Source: Escherichia coli (lineage in GTDB: Bacteria > Pseudomonadota > Gammaproteobacteria > Enterobacterales > Enterobacteriaceae). Taken from it: 64,000 bases of DNA. Position 1 is the stretch's first letter, and each line of letters begins with the position of its first letter. The stretch lies in assembly GCF_003334785.1 (NCBI RefSeq), contig NZ_QOWV01000008.1, one strand, 5' to 3'. A program made the translations under genes and the position numbers. This document shows positions 1-21,536 of this stretch, one piece after another. The notes under the pieces are model-generated. The model did not search any database, had not been told where the DNA came from, and saw nothing but the letters and a program-made list of their open reading frames with translations.

Positions 1-1180
<1,180 letters not shown>

Positions 1181-1195
1181 TATTGCTGACACGGT

Positions 1196-1240
1196 TTTCC
1201 CCTCACCCTAACCCTCTCCCCAGAGGGGCGAGGGGACCGA
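1196..1240. repeat. Near-palindromic intergenic repeat (ccctctcccc-agag-gggcgagggg), boxC/BIME-like
   Basis: Imperfect inverted repeat read directly between pstA and pstB; family assignment is tentative. Confidence 0.35.
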
Positions 1241-1278
1241 CCGAGCGCCTTTTTGACTCTGTACACGGTTAACACTTT

Positions 1279-1312
1279 GCCGGATGCGGCGTGAACGCCT
1301 GATCCGGCCTAC
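1279..1312. repeat. REP (palindromic unit) element
   Basis: gccggatgcggcgtgaacgcctgatccggcctac matches REP consensus. Confidence 0.7.
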
Positions 1313-1323
1313 GGTAAGCCTGA

Positions 1324-2136
<813 letters not shown>

Positions 2137-2150
2137 TTCAGGAGTGCGTT

Positions 2151-2876
2151 ATGGACAGTCTCAATCTTAATAAACATATTTCCGGCCAGTTCAACGCCGA
2201 ACTGGAAAGTATCCGCACGCAGGTGATGACCATGGGCGGCATGGTGGAGCAGCAGCTTTCTGATGCAATCACCGCGATGCATAACCAGGACAGCGATCTG
2301 GCGAAGCGCGTCATCGAAGGCGACAAGAACGTCAACATGATGGAAGTGGCGATCGATGAAGCCTGCGTGCGCATTATCGCCAAACGTCAGCCGACGGCGA
2401 GCGACCTGCGACTGGTTATGGTGATCAGTAAAACCATTGCCGAGCTGGAGCGTATTGGCGACGTGGCGGACAAAATCTGCCGTACTGCGCTGGAGAAATT
2501 CTCCCAGCAGCATCAGCCGTTGCTGGTAAGTCTGGAGTCGCTGGGCCGTCATACCATCCAGATGCTGCACGACGTGCTGGACGCGTTCGCGCGGATGGAC
2601 ATTGACGAAGCGGTACGTATTTATCGTGAAGATAAAAAAGTCGATCAGGAATACGAAGGTATTGTTCGTCAACTGATGACCTACATGATGGAAGATTCGC
2701 GTACCATTCCGAGCGTACTTACTGCGCTGTTCTGCGCGCGTTCTATCGAACGTATTGGCGACCGCTGCCAGAATATTTGTGAGTTTATCTTCTACTACGT
2801 GAAGGGGCAGGATTTCCGTCACGTCGGTGGCGATGAGCTGGATAAACTGCTGGCGGGGAAAGATAGCGACAAATAA
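2151..2876 (+). CDS. phoU: Phosphate signalling regulator PhoU
   Basis: 241 aa from [13 protein letters not shown] with caggag RBS; the ORF track start at 2133 is an upstream in-frame extension. Confidence 0.95.
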   Translation: MDSLNLNKHISGQFNAELESIRTQVMTMGGMVEQQLSDAITAMHNQDSDLAKRVIEGDKNVNMMEVAIDEACVRIIAKRQPTASDLRLVMVISKTIAELERIGDVADKICRTALEKFSQQHQPLLVSLESLGRHTIQMLHDVLDAFARMDIDEAVRIYREDKKVDQEYEGIVRQLMTYMMEDSRTIPSVLTALFCARSIERIGDRCQNICEFIFYYVKGQDFRHVGGDELDKLLAGKDSDK

Positions 2877-2884
2877 TTCACCAG

Positions 2885-2916
2885 ACAAATCCCAATAACT
2901 TAATTATTGGGATTTG
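2885..2916 (+). terminator. Intrinsic terminator after phoU
   Basis: Hairpin aaatcccaataa/ttattgggattt followed by T-rich tract. Confidence 0.6.
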
Positions 2917-3071
2917 TTATATATAACTTTATAAATTCCTAAAATTACACAAAGTTAATAACTGCGAGCATGGTCATATTTTTATCAATAGCGCATTGCT
3001 ATTTTCTCTGCACGCAATTAAATTAATTTCCGAACCTGGATGTTCGTTATAAAAACCATTAATAAATGACT

Positions 3072-11755
<8,684 letters not shown>

Positions 11756-12223
11756 TTAACTTAAAGAGTCTGTTTCAGGACATGAAATATCCAATCCGGG
11801 TAGACGGGTAATGATTCTGCTCATCACCACACCTGCCAGCAATGCAGGAATGATGCGGACAACGAGACTGTCACCAGAAAGAATGTTTTCAAACAACTCC
11901 GAGGAAGCCATGCCCTTAATATGTACAATAACTGCACAATAGATCTCGGTGATAACGACGCCACCTATGCCACCAGCCAGACAACGATAACGTTTCTGTG
12001 ACCCGATCTTTTCCGGCAGACAGGCAACCATTACACCGGTTAACAACGCAGGAATAGCTCCCGTAGTTATCGACAATAAGAGAAAAATTGGATGTATTAT
12101 CACCCAAAGAACCAGCGGTTCTTTTGCGAAGAATATGTAGAGGACAAGAAACAGAACACCAATTAACGGTCCTAAAACTGCAAAATAAAGTCCGTGATGT
12201 ATTACCCGACGTGAAACAGACAT
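11756..12223 (-). CDS. cbrB: Inner membrane protein CbrB (YieI)
   Basis: 155-aa hydrophobic ORF. Confidence 0.85.
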   Translation of the reverse strand: MSVSRRVIHHGLYFAVLGPLIGVLFLVLYIFFAKEPLVLWVIIHPIFLLLSITTGAIPALLTGVMVACLPEKIGSQKRYRCLAGGIGGVVITEIYCAVIVHIKGMASSELFENILSGDSLVVRIIPALLAGVVMSRIITRLPGLDISCPETDSLS

Positions 12224-12289
12224 ATCAAACTCCCTTTACTTACCTTTGAGCGCCAATTTAAGCGGGGTAAGTGAAGGGAGTGTGAAGAA

Positions 12290-12955
12290 CTATGCCGTAA
12301 TATCCCAACCACGCGCTTTCCACAGTTCAGGTAACTGCGAAAGATGGGTAAAGGTGGTGACTTTCGGGTGAACGATCGGCTTATTGTGCGGGTCGGCGCA
12401 GAAGTAGAACACTTCCATACCTGCGTCGATACCAGATTGTGCACCGGCAACTGAGTCATCAACCAGAATGCAGTTTTCTACATTTACATTCATCGCTTTT
12501 GCCGCATGGAACATTAACGCCGGGTCTGGCTTCCAGCGCTGAATATCGTAGCCGCTGAACAGTTTATCCGGGAAGTAGTGCAACATATTCAGCTTGCCCA
12601 TAGAATGCTGCATTTTGTTATTTGGGCCGTTAGATACCACACACATTGGCGCAGTGATCGCTGACAGGAGCGCTCCAGCCCCTTCGATGGCTTCCAGTTC
12701 TGAATCGAACAGCCGAGCGACTTCTGCACGGTAAACGTGTTCAGCTTCTGTTTTCGCTAACGTAACACCATGTTCAAGGGAAACAATATCGATAATTTCG
12801 TACAGTTTTACACCTTTGAAACGTTTGAATACCTCTTCAGGATCGAGCGTAATACCAAATTCCTGAAACATCGTTACATATGCGCGAGAGCAAATGACTT
12901 CACTGTCGACCAGCGTACCGTCGCAGTCGAAAAATACCGCTTCTATCCGGGACAT
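12290..12955 (-). CDS. yieH: HAD-family sugar-phosphate phosphatase YieH
   Basis: 221-aa ORF with HAD motif FFDCDGTLVDSE. Confidence 0.9.
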   Translation of the reverse strand: MSRIEAVFFDCDGTLVDSEVICSRAYVTMFQEFGITLDPEEVFKRFKGVKLYEIIDIVSLEHGVTLAKTEAEHVYRAEVARLFDSELEAIEGAGALLSAITAPMCVVSNGPNNKMQHSMGKLNMLHYFPDKLFSGYDIQRWKPDPALMFHAAKAMNVNVENCILVDDSVAGAQSGIDAGMEVFYFCADPHNKPIVHPKVTTFTHLSQLPELWKARGWDITA

Positions 12956-13119
12956 GCCTTTCCTTTTTAATCAGTTTAACGTTTTCGTAGAGCCGATTTG
13001 CGCAACGCAATCGTTGCCGTATAAGTAAATCCAATAAAAAAGTCTCTCACAAACGCGCCTATTGTCGCATTTTGGTATACGATAGCGACGGATTTTCCCT
13101 CCTTGTTCGGAAATAGATA

Positions 13120-14457
13120 ATGAGTCATCAACATACCACCCAGACTTCTGGTCAGGGGATGCTGGAACGCGTGTTTAAACTGCGCGAACATGGCACGACG
13201 GCACGGACCGAAGTGATCGCCGGTTTTACCACCTTCCTGACGATGGTTTACATCGTTTTTGTTAACCCGCAAATTCTTGGCGTTGCTGGCATGGATACCA
13301 GCGCCGTCTTCGTCACTACCTGTCTGATCGCTGCATTCGGCAGTATTATGATGGGACTGTTTGCTAACCTGCCAGTTGCACTGGCACCCGCTATGGGCCT
13401 GAATGCGTTCTTCGCTTTTGTCGTTGTACAGGCGATGGGCTTGCCGTGGCAGGTCGGGATGGGCGCAATCTTCTGGGGCGCGATAGGTCTGCTGTTACTG
13501 ACGATTTTCCGCGTTCGCTACTGGATGATAGCCAACATTCCGGTGAGTCTGCGTGTGGGTATTACCAGCGGTATCGGTCTGTTCATTGGCATGATGGGGC
13601 TGAAAAACGCAGGTGTGATTGTCGCTAACCCGGAAACGCTGGTGAGCATCGGTAATCTGACTTCTCACAGCGTACTTCTGGGTATCCTCGGCTTCTTCAT
13701 CATTGCTATTCTGGCCTCGCGCAACATTCACGCAGCGGTGCTGGTTTCTATCGTGGTGACGACGCTGCTGGGCTGGATGCTGGGTGATGTGCACTACAAT
13801 GGCATCGTTTCTGCGCCGCCGAGCGTAATGACAGTTGTGGGTCATGTAGATTTAGCCGGGTCGTTTAACCTCGGGCTGGCAGGGGTGATTTTCTCTTTCA
13901 TGTTGGTCAACTTGTTTGACTCCTCCGGTACGCTGATTGGCGTGACCGATAAAGCAGGTCTGGCGGATGAGAAGGGGAAATTCCCGCGCATGAAGCAGGC
14001 GCTGTATGTCGACAGTATCTCTTCCGTGACCGGTTCGTTTATCGGTACTTCTTCCGTTACGGCTTATATTGAGTCCTCTTCCGGCGTATCGGTTGGCGGT
14101 CGTACCGGTCTGACGGCAGTGGTTGTTGGTCTGCTGTTCCTGCTGGTTATCTTTCTGTCGCCGCTGGCGGGGATGGTGCCAGGCTACGCTGCAGCTGGTG
14201 CGCTGATTTACGTTGGCGTGCTGATGACTTCCAGTCTGGCACGCGTGAACTGGCAGGATCTTACTGAATCTGTTCCGGCGTTTATTACCGCCGTGATGAT
14301 GCCGTTCAGCTTCTCGATTACCGAAGGTATCGCGCTGGGCTTTATCTCCTACTGCGTGATGAAAATCGGTACCGGACGTCTGCGTGATCTAAGCCCGTGC
14401 GTAATCATCGTTGCGCTGCTGTTTATCCTGAAGATTGTCTTTATCGACGCTCACTAA
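13120..14457 (+). CDS. adeP: Adenine permease AdeP (YieG/PurP)
   Basis: 445-aa ORF, AzgA/NCS2-type permease. Confidence 0.95.
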   Translation: MSHQHTTQTSGQGMLERVFKLREHGTTARTEVIAGFTTFLTMVYIVFVNPQILGVAGMDTSAVFVTTCLIAAFGSIMMGLFANLPVALAPAMGLNAFFAFVVVQAMGLPWQVGMGAIFWGAIGLLLLTIFRVRYWMIANIPVSLRVGITSGIGLFIGMMGLKNAGVIVANPETLVSIGNLTSHSVLLGILGFFIIAILASRNIHAAVLVSIVVTTLLGWMLGDVHYNGIVSAPPSVMTVVGHVDLAGSFNLGLAGVIFSFMLVNLFDSSGTLIGVTDKAGLADEKGKFPRMKQALYVDSISSVTGSFIGTSSVTAYIESSSGVSVGGRTGLTAVVVGLLFLLVIFLSPLAGMVPGYAAAGALIYVGVLMTSSLARVNWQDLTESVPAFITAVMMPFSFSITEGIALGFISYCVMKIGTGRLRDLSPCVIIVALLFILKIVFIDAH

Positions 14458-14473
14458 AATCGATAGCGCGTTA

Positions 14474-14509
14474 AAAACCCGCCATGCATGATTGCTGGCG
14501 GGTTTTTTA
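14474..14509. terminator. Bidirectional intrinsic terminator between adeP and chrR
   Basis: aacccgccatgcatgattgctggcgggtt hairpin flanked by A-run and T-run. Confidence 0.7.
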
Positions 14510-14510
14510 T

Positions 14511-15077
14511 TTAGATCTTAACTCGCTGAATAAACTCACCAAATGCGGTCAATTGCCCGGTCAGGTGGTCCAGCGTACCCTGATCAATCACTTCTCCGGT
14601 TTGCGGATCAACTTTGTTCTGAATCACGCCGCCCATAAATTCCGGCTTGTTCATCACCATTGCATCGAGGAAAACCAGAATCTGGCGCAGGTGATACTGA
14701 CAGCGCGCGCCGCCAATCACGCCCATTGAGCTGGTCTGAATCAATACCGGTTTACCGGCCAGCGGTTGATCCGGCAGGCGGGAAAGCCAGTCGATGGCAT
14801 TTTTCAGCCCACCCGGTACCGAGTAGTTATATTCCGGCGTGACGATCACCACACCGTCAGCCTGACGGATCTGTTCCGCCAGAGCTTCAACCGTTGCTGG
14901 AAAACCTTCTTCCTGCTGTACGTCAGCGTCATACAAGGGAATGTCGGCAATGGATGGTAACGCATTGACTTCCATGCTCGCCGGAGCAATTTTCGGCAGG
15001 GTACGTGCAACCATGCCATTAAATGAGCCTTTGCGCAGGCTCCCCAGTAACGTAACCACCTGCAATTTTTCAGACAT
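14511..15077 (-). CDS. chrR: NAD(P)H-dependent FMN reductase / chromate reductase ChrR (YieF)
   Basis: 188-aa ORF, flavodoxin-like reductase. Confidence 0.9.
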   Translation of the reverse strand: MSEKLQVVTLLGSLRKGSFNGMVARTLPKIAPASMEVNALPSIADIPLYDADVQQEEGFPATVEALAEQIRQADGVVIVTPEYNYSVPGGLKNAIDWLSRLPDQPLAGKPVLIQTSSMGVIGGARCQYHLRQILVFLDAMVMNKPEFMGGVIQNKVDPQTGEVIDQGTLDHLTGQLTAFGEFIQRVKI

Positions 15078-15098
15078 GATGACTCCTGTGGTTGTCTA

Positions 15099-15860
15099 TC
15101 AATTTGGCGAAAAAGCCTTCACGGTAGAGAGTTGGGCAAAACGCATCATCCGGCTGGTAGGATTGTTGGCGCGGCTGTGAATATCCGGCAGGCTTTTCCA
15201 GCCGTGTTTGCCATCTAACTCCCAGACACTGAGCTTTTCAATCGTGGGCGTGACCGCCACGGACCACACCAGCACGTCTTCCGCGTCGCATAACGCTTCT
15301 ACATGATTTACATGAGCACATTTCAGGCGTCCGGCAATGGGCAGCAGCTGCAGATCGCGCGGATCGTCATTCAAAACATCACCGGTTAGTTTTAGCACGC
15401 TTCGGCGCAGCGTGATGAGCTGCGCCCGCGCTTCGTTAGGATCGTTTTGTTTACTGATCCATAGCGATTCATTGCTGGAAAAGGTGTGGTTATCGGGCGC
15501 GTGTGGGCTATGAAACCCGCGCGTCGCACGCTGTAGTTCCATATCGAGGCCACATTCACCTTCGGTTGTTAACGCCACGCCAACCATATTCCCGGCATAG
15601 GAAATGGAAAACGAAGGCAAATTTTTATCACTGAAAACCGGTTTACCTTTCGGCAGGGTGACGATTTCCGGCAATTCGCCAATGCCATACAGCATGAACA
15701 TCAGTTCTGCGAGTAAACCTCTGGACGCCAGAAAACGGCTTTGACGATGAGGGGGAATGTTTCGGGCTTCTTGATGACACTGGGAGGGGAGACGAACAGA
15801 AATCAGATGTCCTTCCGTTAAAATCCCTCGGGCAAAGTGAGTCGCCATTTTTCGCTCCAT
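15099..15860 (-). CDS. yieE: Phosphopantetheinyl transferase-like protein YieE
   Basis: 253-aa ORF; an alternative ATG at 15848 (249 aa) has the better SD (ggag 6 nt upstream). Confidence 0.8.
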   Translation of the reverse strand: MERKMATHFARGILTEGHLISVRLPSQCHQEARNIPPHRQSRFLASRGLLAELMFMLYGIGELPEIVTLPKGKPVFSDKNLPSFSISYAGNMVGVALTTEGECGLDMELQRATRGFHSPHAPDNHTFSSNESLWISKQNDPNEARAQLITLRRSVLKLTGDVLNDDPRDLQLLPIAGRLKCAHVNHVEALCDAEDVLVWSVAVTPTIEKLSVWELDGKHGWKSLPDIHSRANNPTSRMMRFAQLSTVKAFSPN

Positions 15861-16004
15861 GCTTAATGGTCCATTATGAATACAAGAGTAATCATTTACT
15901 GGAATGATGGACAGACTAAAGCGGCTAAAAGTTCGATTCAGACAAGCTTATTACAACTTTTTTACATTTTATTGTGAAATTGGGTCGCGTTTCATACGAT
16001 TCGG

Positions 16005-16964
16005 TTATGCCATCGACGCGTAAAGGTTTTTAATGGTTTCCCGTAACCAGACGATCTTCGGATTATGGCTGTTCCGTTTATGCCACAGCAGGGTAAAAGG
16101 AACTTCCAGCTTTTTTTGCTGGCTTTCGTCAAACGGGAGAGGAAGAGCAACCAACGGCAGTTGATGGAGTTGATTGTAGTACTGACAGTAGCGCGGCGCG
16201 GTCGCCAGTAGCAGATTGTCGGGTTGCGCTGCCATAAACAGTGACTGCTCGAATTCCGGCAGGCTCATAGCAATCGTGCGTTCGCGTCCCAGCTCCTGTA
16301 ACACATTGTCCAGCGCCCAGGTATCGCTCTGTTCCCAGCAAATGCTGATATGCGGATAACGTAAGAAGGTGTCCAGATTCCACGTTTGATGCAGTGCCGG
16401 ATGATCTTTGCGTAACCAGACGCAGGGCACATCACTAAACAGCACTTCATAATCAATGGCTAACGGTAGCGAGCTTAACAGCTCCCGCGAGCGAGGATGG
16501 CTTTCGCGACCGGAAAAACCGATATCCACTTCACCACGAGTAATGGCATCTAAGGAATCGTAATCCCAGTTACGTAATTTGATGGTCGCCTGCGGGTAAC
16601 GTTGGTAGATCTGTTTCGACAGCGCATTAAGCATGATCATCATCAGCGGTGATTCCGCCGCCAGCTCAAACTTCAGGCCGCGCGGTGTCTGGTGGTGCGG
16701 TTTATCCAGCAGCAGGTTGCTCATTTGCATCCACTCCGCCAGATTTTGCTCCATGCTGACCATCAGCGGTGTGGGCGACAGACCCAGCGGTGAGTTCACA
16801 AAGAGCGGGTCGTCAAACCACGCTCTTAACTTTGCCAGCGACTTACTCACCGCCGAAGGTGTCACGTTTATCCGCTTCGCCGCTTTGGTTACGCTGCGCT
16901 CCTGCATCAGCAGTTGCAGACAAAGCAGCAGATTGAGATCAAGCGTGGTGATGGATTTCTTCAT
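16005..16964 (-). CDS. yidZ: LysR-family transcriptional regulator YidZ
   Basis: 319 aa from [13 protein letters not shown] with N-terminal HTH; overlaps mdtL 3' end by 26 nt. Confidence 0.9.
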
Positions 16965-18114
16965 GAGCGGCAACGGGGCGTCCAGGCGCGACGAACATAA
17001 TCAGCAACAGGCTCACTATGCTACAGGCAATCAGAATCCCGATCAGCATATTCCATGCGCCGATACCAACCACCGCTGCCAGCCAAATCCACAGTGACGA
17101 ACCGCAAACCTGCGCAATACCTAAGGTCGAGCTGGCTACGCCCGCGCGTAATGAAAACGGCCCTAACGCCTGACTCATCGCCACACCAAAACCTACCGAG
17201 AAACCGGCGCAAATCAGCGTGATACCAAACAGAGAAACCGCATGGGAAGGTGAAACGGCAAGAGTGATCCCCGCCGCCAGGAATAACACCTGCGAGGTGA
17301 TCATCAACGTACGTGGCTTAAAAATTCCCAGCGCAAATGGCGTGGAGAATGAAACGGTCATGCTGACGCCAGCGGTCAGCGCCATAATGGTGGCGTATTC
17401 ACCGCGCTCAAACCCCATGATTTCCATCAGCAATACCGGTGACGTGTTGACGAAAGTGAGGATCACCGAAACGCTGAGGGTGGTGATAACAACACGGCTG
17501 AGGAAAAAACGGTTAAGCAGCGACTCGCTATTTTCTCGTGGTTTATCCGAAGCTGCGGGGGCCGCTGGGCGCGTTTCTTTTAAAATAAACAAAGACAACA
17601 TCAGTACCGCGATGCCCATCATTGCCATCGCCCAGAACAGACTCTGCCACGGGAATTTAAGCATAATCAGATGTCCGAGCACTGGCGCTAACACCGGAAT
17701 GATGCAGGTAATACCGTTGAGTAATGACAGCACTTTAGCCCGACGTCGATCATCCAGCGTGTCGCGCAAAATAGCGAACGCCACTACGTAACAACAGCCT
17801 GCGCCCAACCCCTGTAGAAATCGGCCTGCAAGAAATAACGTGCTGGTTTCAGCCAGTGAACAGAACACCGAGGCAATAATAAATAGCGCCGCGCCGGGTA
17901 TGGCGACCGGCTTTCTCCCTGAACGATCGGCCACTTTACCGGCAAATAACATCGCAGCTGCCATCCCCGCCAGATATACGGAGAACGCAATATGCAACTG
18001 CGCTTCGCTGGCATTGAGATCGGCGGCGATGCGCGGTAAACCAACGAGGTACATATCAATCCCGGCGGGATAAAGTAAAACCAGGGCAAAACTACAAATC
18101 AAAAAGCGGGACAT
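16939..18114 (-). CDS. mdtL: MFS multidrug efflux transporter MdtL (YidY)
   Basis: 391-aa ORF, 12-TM MFS pattern. Confidence 0.95.
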   Translation of the reverse strand: MSRFLICSFALVLLYPAGIDMYLVGLPRIAADLNASEAQLHIAFSVYLAGMAAAMLFAGKVADRSGRKPVAIPGAALFIIASVFCSLAETSTLFLAGRFLQGLGAGCCYVVAFAILRDTLDDRRRAKVLSLLNGITCIIPVLAPVLGHLIMLKFPWQSLFWAMAMMGIAVLMLSLFILKETRPAAPAASDKPRENSESLLNRFFLSRVVITTLSVSVILTFVNTSPVLLMEIMGFERGEYATIMALTAGVSMTVSFSTPFALGIFKPRTLMITSQVLFLAAGITLAVSPSHAVSLFGITLICAGFSVGFGVAMSQALGPFSLRAGVASSTLGIAQVCGSSLWIWLAAVVGIGAWNMLIGILIACSIVSLLLIMFVAPGRPVAAHEEIHHHA

Positions 18115-18210
18115 GGGCTAAAGCGTCCTGATAGTAAGGTGACGCAAAGCATACGTGGTGAAGGAGGATCAGGCGAGTTGCCATTTGGACATAAGTGATT
18201 TCCTGAGAGG

Positions 18211-18239
18211 CAAGAAGCCAGCGAATGGCTGGCTTCTTG
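18211..18239 (-). terminator. Intrinsic terminator after tnaB
   Basis: caagaagccagcgaatggctggcttcttg hairpin immediately downstream of tnaB stop. Confidence 0.6.
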
Positions 18240-18245
18240 AAGGAT

Positions 18246-19493
18246 TTAGCCAAATTTAGGTAACACGTTAAAGACGTTGCCGAACCAGCACAAAATCACG
18301 GTTATACCAAAGAGAATGACAATCGCCGGAATAAGATTGCCGCCCCAGACCGTGAACATCTGATTGGGAAACTTCTTGCGAGCTTTGATTGCAAGCACTG
18401 CGGGAATAATGACCGCCCAGATGGTGGCGCACAGCCCGGCACCGCCGATCCCGTAAATAAAGCCGTTCGGGAAGATCAGATACAACAACGCAGGTGGCAG
18501 GAAGGTTAACAGCACGGTTTTGAAACGCCCGCCGTGGGAGTTATCAATCTTAAACAGGTCCGCCAGATAATCGAACAACCCCAGCGTGACACCAAAGAAC
18601 GAACTGGCAACAGCTAAGTTAGAGAACACCAGCAGGCAAAACTCGATAATGCCGTGCTGTTTGGTGCCGAGGAACGATTTCACCAGCGAATCAACGTTGC
18701 CGCCTGAGGAGATAATCGCCTTAAAGCTTTCTCGCGGAATATTCCCCATGGTGCAATAGAGCCAGAAGAGATAAATCACCAGCGCCAGCAGCGAACCAAA
18801 TACCACGCTTTTGATTAACTTATCTTTGCGTTTTCCATAGCAAATAATCAGGCTGGGAATATTGCCGTGGAAACCAAATGACGCCAGACACACCGGCAAA
18901 GCCATAAAGATATACGGGAAGTAAGACGTTCCCGCAGTGGAGCTGGTGGCGTCGCGCAGAATGGAGTAATCGACCTGGAAGAAAAAAGAACCAAACACGA
19001 TCACAAAGGAGATAATCTTCAGCCCGAGGAACAATGAGGTAATACGACTGGCGGCTAACGAACTTAACCACAATACGCTGGCAACGAAAGTGGCTGTGCA
19101 GATCCCGACAATACGTGGATTAGCGTGATAACCCAAATTCATTGATATCGTTTCACTAATGATCGCACCATTAGCAGAGATATAGGCATAAGTGAGGATA
19201 TAGAGAACGAAGGCAACGGTAATACCGCTGATAATGTTCCAGGTGTTACCGATTAAATCTTTGGTGATGGTGTTAAAACTGGAGCCGACGGGATAATTTA
19301 AATTTGCTTCTAATAACAATAACCCGGAATGAAGCATTGAAAACCAGGCAATGATAAGGATAAAGGCACCCCAGAAAAACCAGGCACCGGCAAGATCAAC
19401 AGGTAAAGCAAACATACCTCCACCAATTACTGTACCTGCTATAACCATAACACCCCAAAATGCAGAGTGCTTTTTTTCAGCTTGATCAGTCAT
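18246..19493 (-). CDS. tnaB: Low-affinity tryptophan permease TnaB
   Basis: 415-aa ORF, aromatic amino acid permease. Confidence 0.97.
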   Translation of the reverse strand: MTDQAEKKHSAFWGVMVIAGTVIGGGMFALPVDLAGAWFFWGAFILIIAWFSMLHSGLLLLEANLNYPVGSSFNTITKDLIGNTWNIISGITVAFVLYILTYAYISANGAIISETISMNLGYHANPRIVGICTATFVASVLWLSSLAASRITSLFLGLKIISFVIVFGSFFFQVDYSILRDATSSTAGTSYFPYIFMALPVCLASFGFHGNIPSLIICYGKRKDKLIKSVVFGSLLALVIYLFWLYCTMGNIPRESFKAIISSGGNVDSLVKSFLGTKQHGIIEFCLLVFSNLAVASSFFGVTLGLFDYLADLFKIDNSHGGRFKTVLLTFLPPALLYLIFPNGFIYGIGGAGLCATIWAVIIPAVLAIKARKKFPNQMFTVWGGNLIPAIVILFGITVILCWFGNVFNVLPKFG

Positions 19494-19583
19494 GATGCCA
19501 CCTTTAGAGGAAGGCTATTTTTGTTATTGAGGATGTAGGGTAAGAGAGTGGCTAACATCCTTATAGCCACTCTGTAGTATTAA

Positions 19584-20999
19584 TTAAACTTCTTTAAGTT
19601 TTGCGGTGAAGTGACGCAATACTTTCGGTTCGTACGTAAAGGTTAATCCTTTAATATTCGCCGCGTTCTCTTTCACATGTTTAAAGGCTTCAATAATGAA
19701 GTCCATATGTGTTTGAGTATATGTTGCGCGCGGAATGGTTAAACGCAGCAGTTCAGCCGGGCATGGCAGTTGTTTACCGGTTTTCGGATCGCGGCCTAAC
19801 AGGAAAGAGCCAATTTCTACCGCACGGATACCGGCGACTTTATACAGCTCGCAGGCCAGCGCCTGTGCCGGGAACTGGTCTGCCGGGATATGCGGCAACA
19901 GTTTACCGGCATCAACGAATGCCGCGTGACCGCCCGCCTGCTGGCAGACAACGCCAATCTCTTCCAGACCATCGACCAGATACTGTACCTGCGCGATACG
20001 ATAAGCCAGCCAGTCGAGATTCATGCCGTCATACAGACCTACCGCCAGACGCTCCATCGCGCCGCCTTCCAGGCCGCCATATGTCGGGAAGCCTTCCTGC
20101 ACCACGCAAAGGGTTCTGCACTCGGTGTACACATCAAAGAAGCTGTCGTCTTTCATGCACAGCAGGCCGCCCATCGGCACCATCGCATCTTTCTTGGCGG
20201 ACATCGCCAGCATATCGGCATATTTGTAGGTTTCGCGGGTGATCTGCTCGATGGTCCAGTCTTTGTATTCTGCTTCACGCTGCTTGATGAAATAGGCGTT
20301 TTCAGCAAAGCGCGCGGAGTCCATTACCACCGGAATATCGTATTTCTTCGCGATGCTGTACATCGCTTTTAAGTTTGCCAGTGAAACCGGCTGACCACCT
20401 GCAGAGTTACTGGTGATGGTTGCAACGATATACGGCACGTTATTCGGACCAACTTCTTCAATACCGCGTTCTAATCCCTCAAGGTCAAAGTTGCCTTTAA
20501 AGTCGTAACGCACGCCCGTATCGAAGGCTTCTTTGATATAGACGTTACGCACGGTACAGCCGTTGATCTGGCTATGGCCCTGCGTGGTATCAAAGAAATA
20601 GTTAGAGAACGCCACCATTTTGCTGCGATCCAGGCCTTTTTCCTGCTCGCGTTTTTTAATCAGTACCGGAATATAGATTTGCTCTGCGCCACGGCCCTGG
20701 TGAGTCGGAATGGTGTATTGATAACCAAAGATATTTTTCACTGACTCGGCTAACGCATAGTAGCTACGACTGCCGCTGTAGGCTTCGTCGCCGCGCATCA
20801 TCGCAGCCTGCATGCTCTGCGTCACCGCCCCGGTGCCGCTGTCGGTCAGTAAATCGATAAACACATCTTCGCTATCCAGCAGGAACGGGTTCATACCGGA
20901 TTTAATAATTGCCTCTTCACGATAAGCGCGAGTGGTACGTTTTACTGGCTCAATAACACGAATGCGGAACGGTTCAGGGAGATGTTTAAAGTTTTCCAT
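19584..20999 (-). CDS. tnaA: Tryptophanase TnaA
   Basis: 471 aa from [19 protein letters not shown]; the ORF track adds 5 upstream codons. Confidence 0.97.
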
Positions 21000-21219
21000 T
21001 ACATAATCCTTCATTTATTTTAATTACAGTGATCCCTGTGAATATTACATCTGCTATACCGATTAATTCGCCAGATATATATGCAAGCACCATCATTTAC
21101 TAAAACAAGTAAATAAACGAGAGATGACCTTTGCAAAAGGCAAAATTAAGATATAGCAAACAAATAGATCACATTGAATCTAATCGGTTTGGCTCTGGTG
21201 ATGGCTACAGAAGGGCAAA

Positions 21220-21294
21220 TCAAGGGCGGTGATCGACAATTTTGTTGTCAATATTGAACCATTTTGAGGTCACACATATATGTAAGATATTCAT
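21220..21294 (-). CDS. tnaC: tna operon leader peptide TnaC (24 aa)
   Basis: Reverse complement translates exactly MNILHICVTSKWFNIDNKIVDHRP*; about 220 nt upstream of tnaA. Confidence 0.95.
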   Translation of the reverse strand: MNILHICVTSKWFNIDNKIVDHRP

Positions 21295-21536
21295 AATGCA
21301 CTTATCCTCGCAAGACACGAGGCTACATTATTACACTCAGAGTTTTTGTCTATTCTGAAATTGTTTAAATGTGAATCGAATCACAATCGTTCGGGGAGCA
21401 ATATTAAATGCTTTTTTTAAAGATTATAAATTACGTAAGAATTTTAATGTTTAAAAAAAGGGTTGAGGAATAACAGGAGTGGTAACAATGAAGCGAAGCC
21501 GCATCTGACAGTCAGAATGCGGCTTCGTAAGCGCGG

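Noticed and set aside
19709-20372. Plus-strand ORFs of 160-177 aa opposite tnaA
   Set aside because: Antisense shadow ORFs with Arg/Pro-rich low-complexity translation.
21495-21526. Hairpin gaagccgcat...atgcggcttc just downstream of the mnmE stop as an intrinsic terminator
   Set aside because: It is not followed by a clear U-run on either strand, so I did not list it as a terminator.
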